Translations under genes and position numbers: made by a program
Shown: one piece after another, positions 63,966 to 64,000 of the stretch
Numbering within the stretch: position 1 is the first letter of the stretch
Layout of the letters: each line of letters opens with the position of its first letter
IMG/VR virus record: IMGVR_UViG_3300012347_000366
Span: 1 to 64,000 of that record
Strand: one strand, 5' to 3'
Origin: a virus
Lineage: Duplodnaviria > Heunggongvirae > Uroviricota > Caudoviricetes
DNA: 64,000 bases
Notes under the pieces: model-generated
What the model was told of the DNA's origin: nothing
The model's database searches: none
What the model saw: the letters and a program-made list of their open reading frames with translations, nothing else

Positions 63966-64000
63966 AGTACCCTTTCTGTCTTTTATAAAGGCTCACAAAG

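Noticed and set aside
1-64000. CRISPR arrays, integrase or transposase genes, and attachment-site repeats
   Set aside because: None were seen. There are no regularly spaced direct repeats and no recombinase motifs in any ORF.

Overview
The window reads as a segment of a T5-like (Demerecviridae-type) siphovirus genome with about 40% GC. The left 28.7 kb is a plus-strand early/replication region, and everything after 28.7 kb is a minus-strand late region holding the lysis and tail genes.

**Left half (1-28.7 kb, plus strand)**
- A tRNA cluster with seven tRNAs: Cys, probable Thr, Ser, Gly x2, Val and Met. There is also one degenerate tRNA-like element.
- The tRNAs are interleaved with small ORFs and about ten near-consensus sigma70-type promoters (TTGnnn-17-TATAAT). 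Several of these share an upstream AAATTTACACTTG box.
- Replication and DNA-metabolism genes follow:
  - a ClpP-like protease, a Ser/Thr phosphatase, and a rubrerythrin-like diiron protein with a separate rubredoxin ORF;
  - a split NAD-dependent DNA ligase (A and B parts), a DnaB-like helicase, a DnaG-type primase and a family A DNA polymerase with 3'-5' exonuclease;
  - a D10-like SF2 helicase, Mre11/SbcD-like and Rad50/SbcC-like nucleases, and a glutaredoxin;
  - a PD-(D/E)xK nuclease, a flap endonuclease, a dUTPase and a single-chain ribonucleotide reductase, probably class II.

**Right half (28.7-64 kb, minus strand)**
- PhoH.
- A run of nine small Sec-signal or transmembrane proteins of unknown function.
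- A lysis cassette: GH19-type endolysin, o-spanin lipoprotein and i-spanin.
- An L-shaped-fibre-like 1468-aa protein and several further fibre or baseplate proteins.
- A 1282-aa tail tip protein carrying an N-terminal NlpC/P60 domain, and a 1540-aa tape measure protein.
- G/GT tail assembly chaperones with a canonical -1 slippery site, a pb6-like tail tube protein, and neck or head-tail adaptor proteins.
- Three perfect TTGACA-17-TATAAT promoters and several intrinsic terminators.

**Most notable candidates**
- The nine-gene envelope-targeted cluster (30.4-34.5 kb).
- An SPFH lipoprotein membrane triad (8.2-9.6 kb).
- The split rubrerythrin/rubredoxin pair.
- A recurring GACCCTAAA motif.
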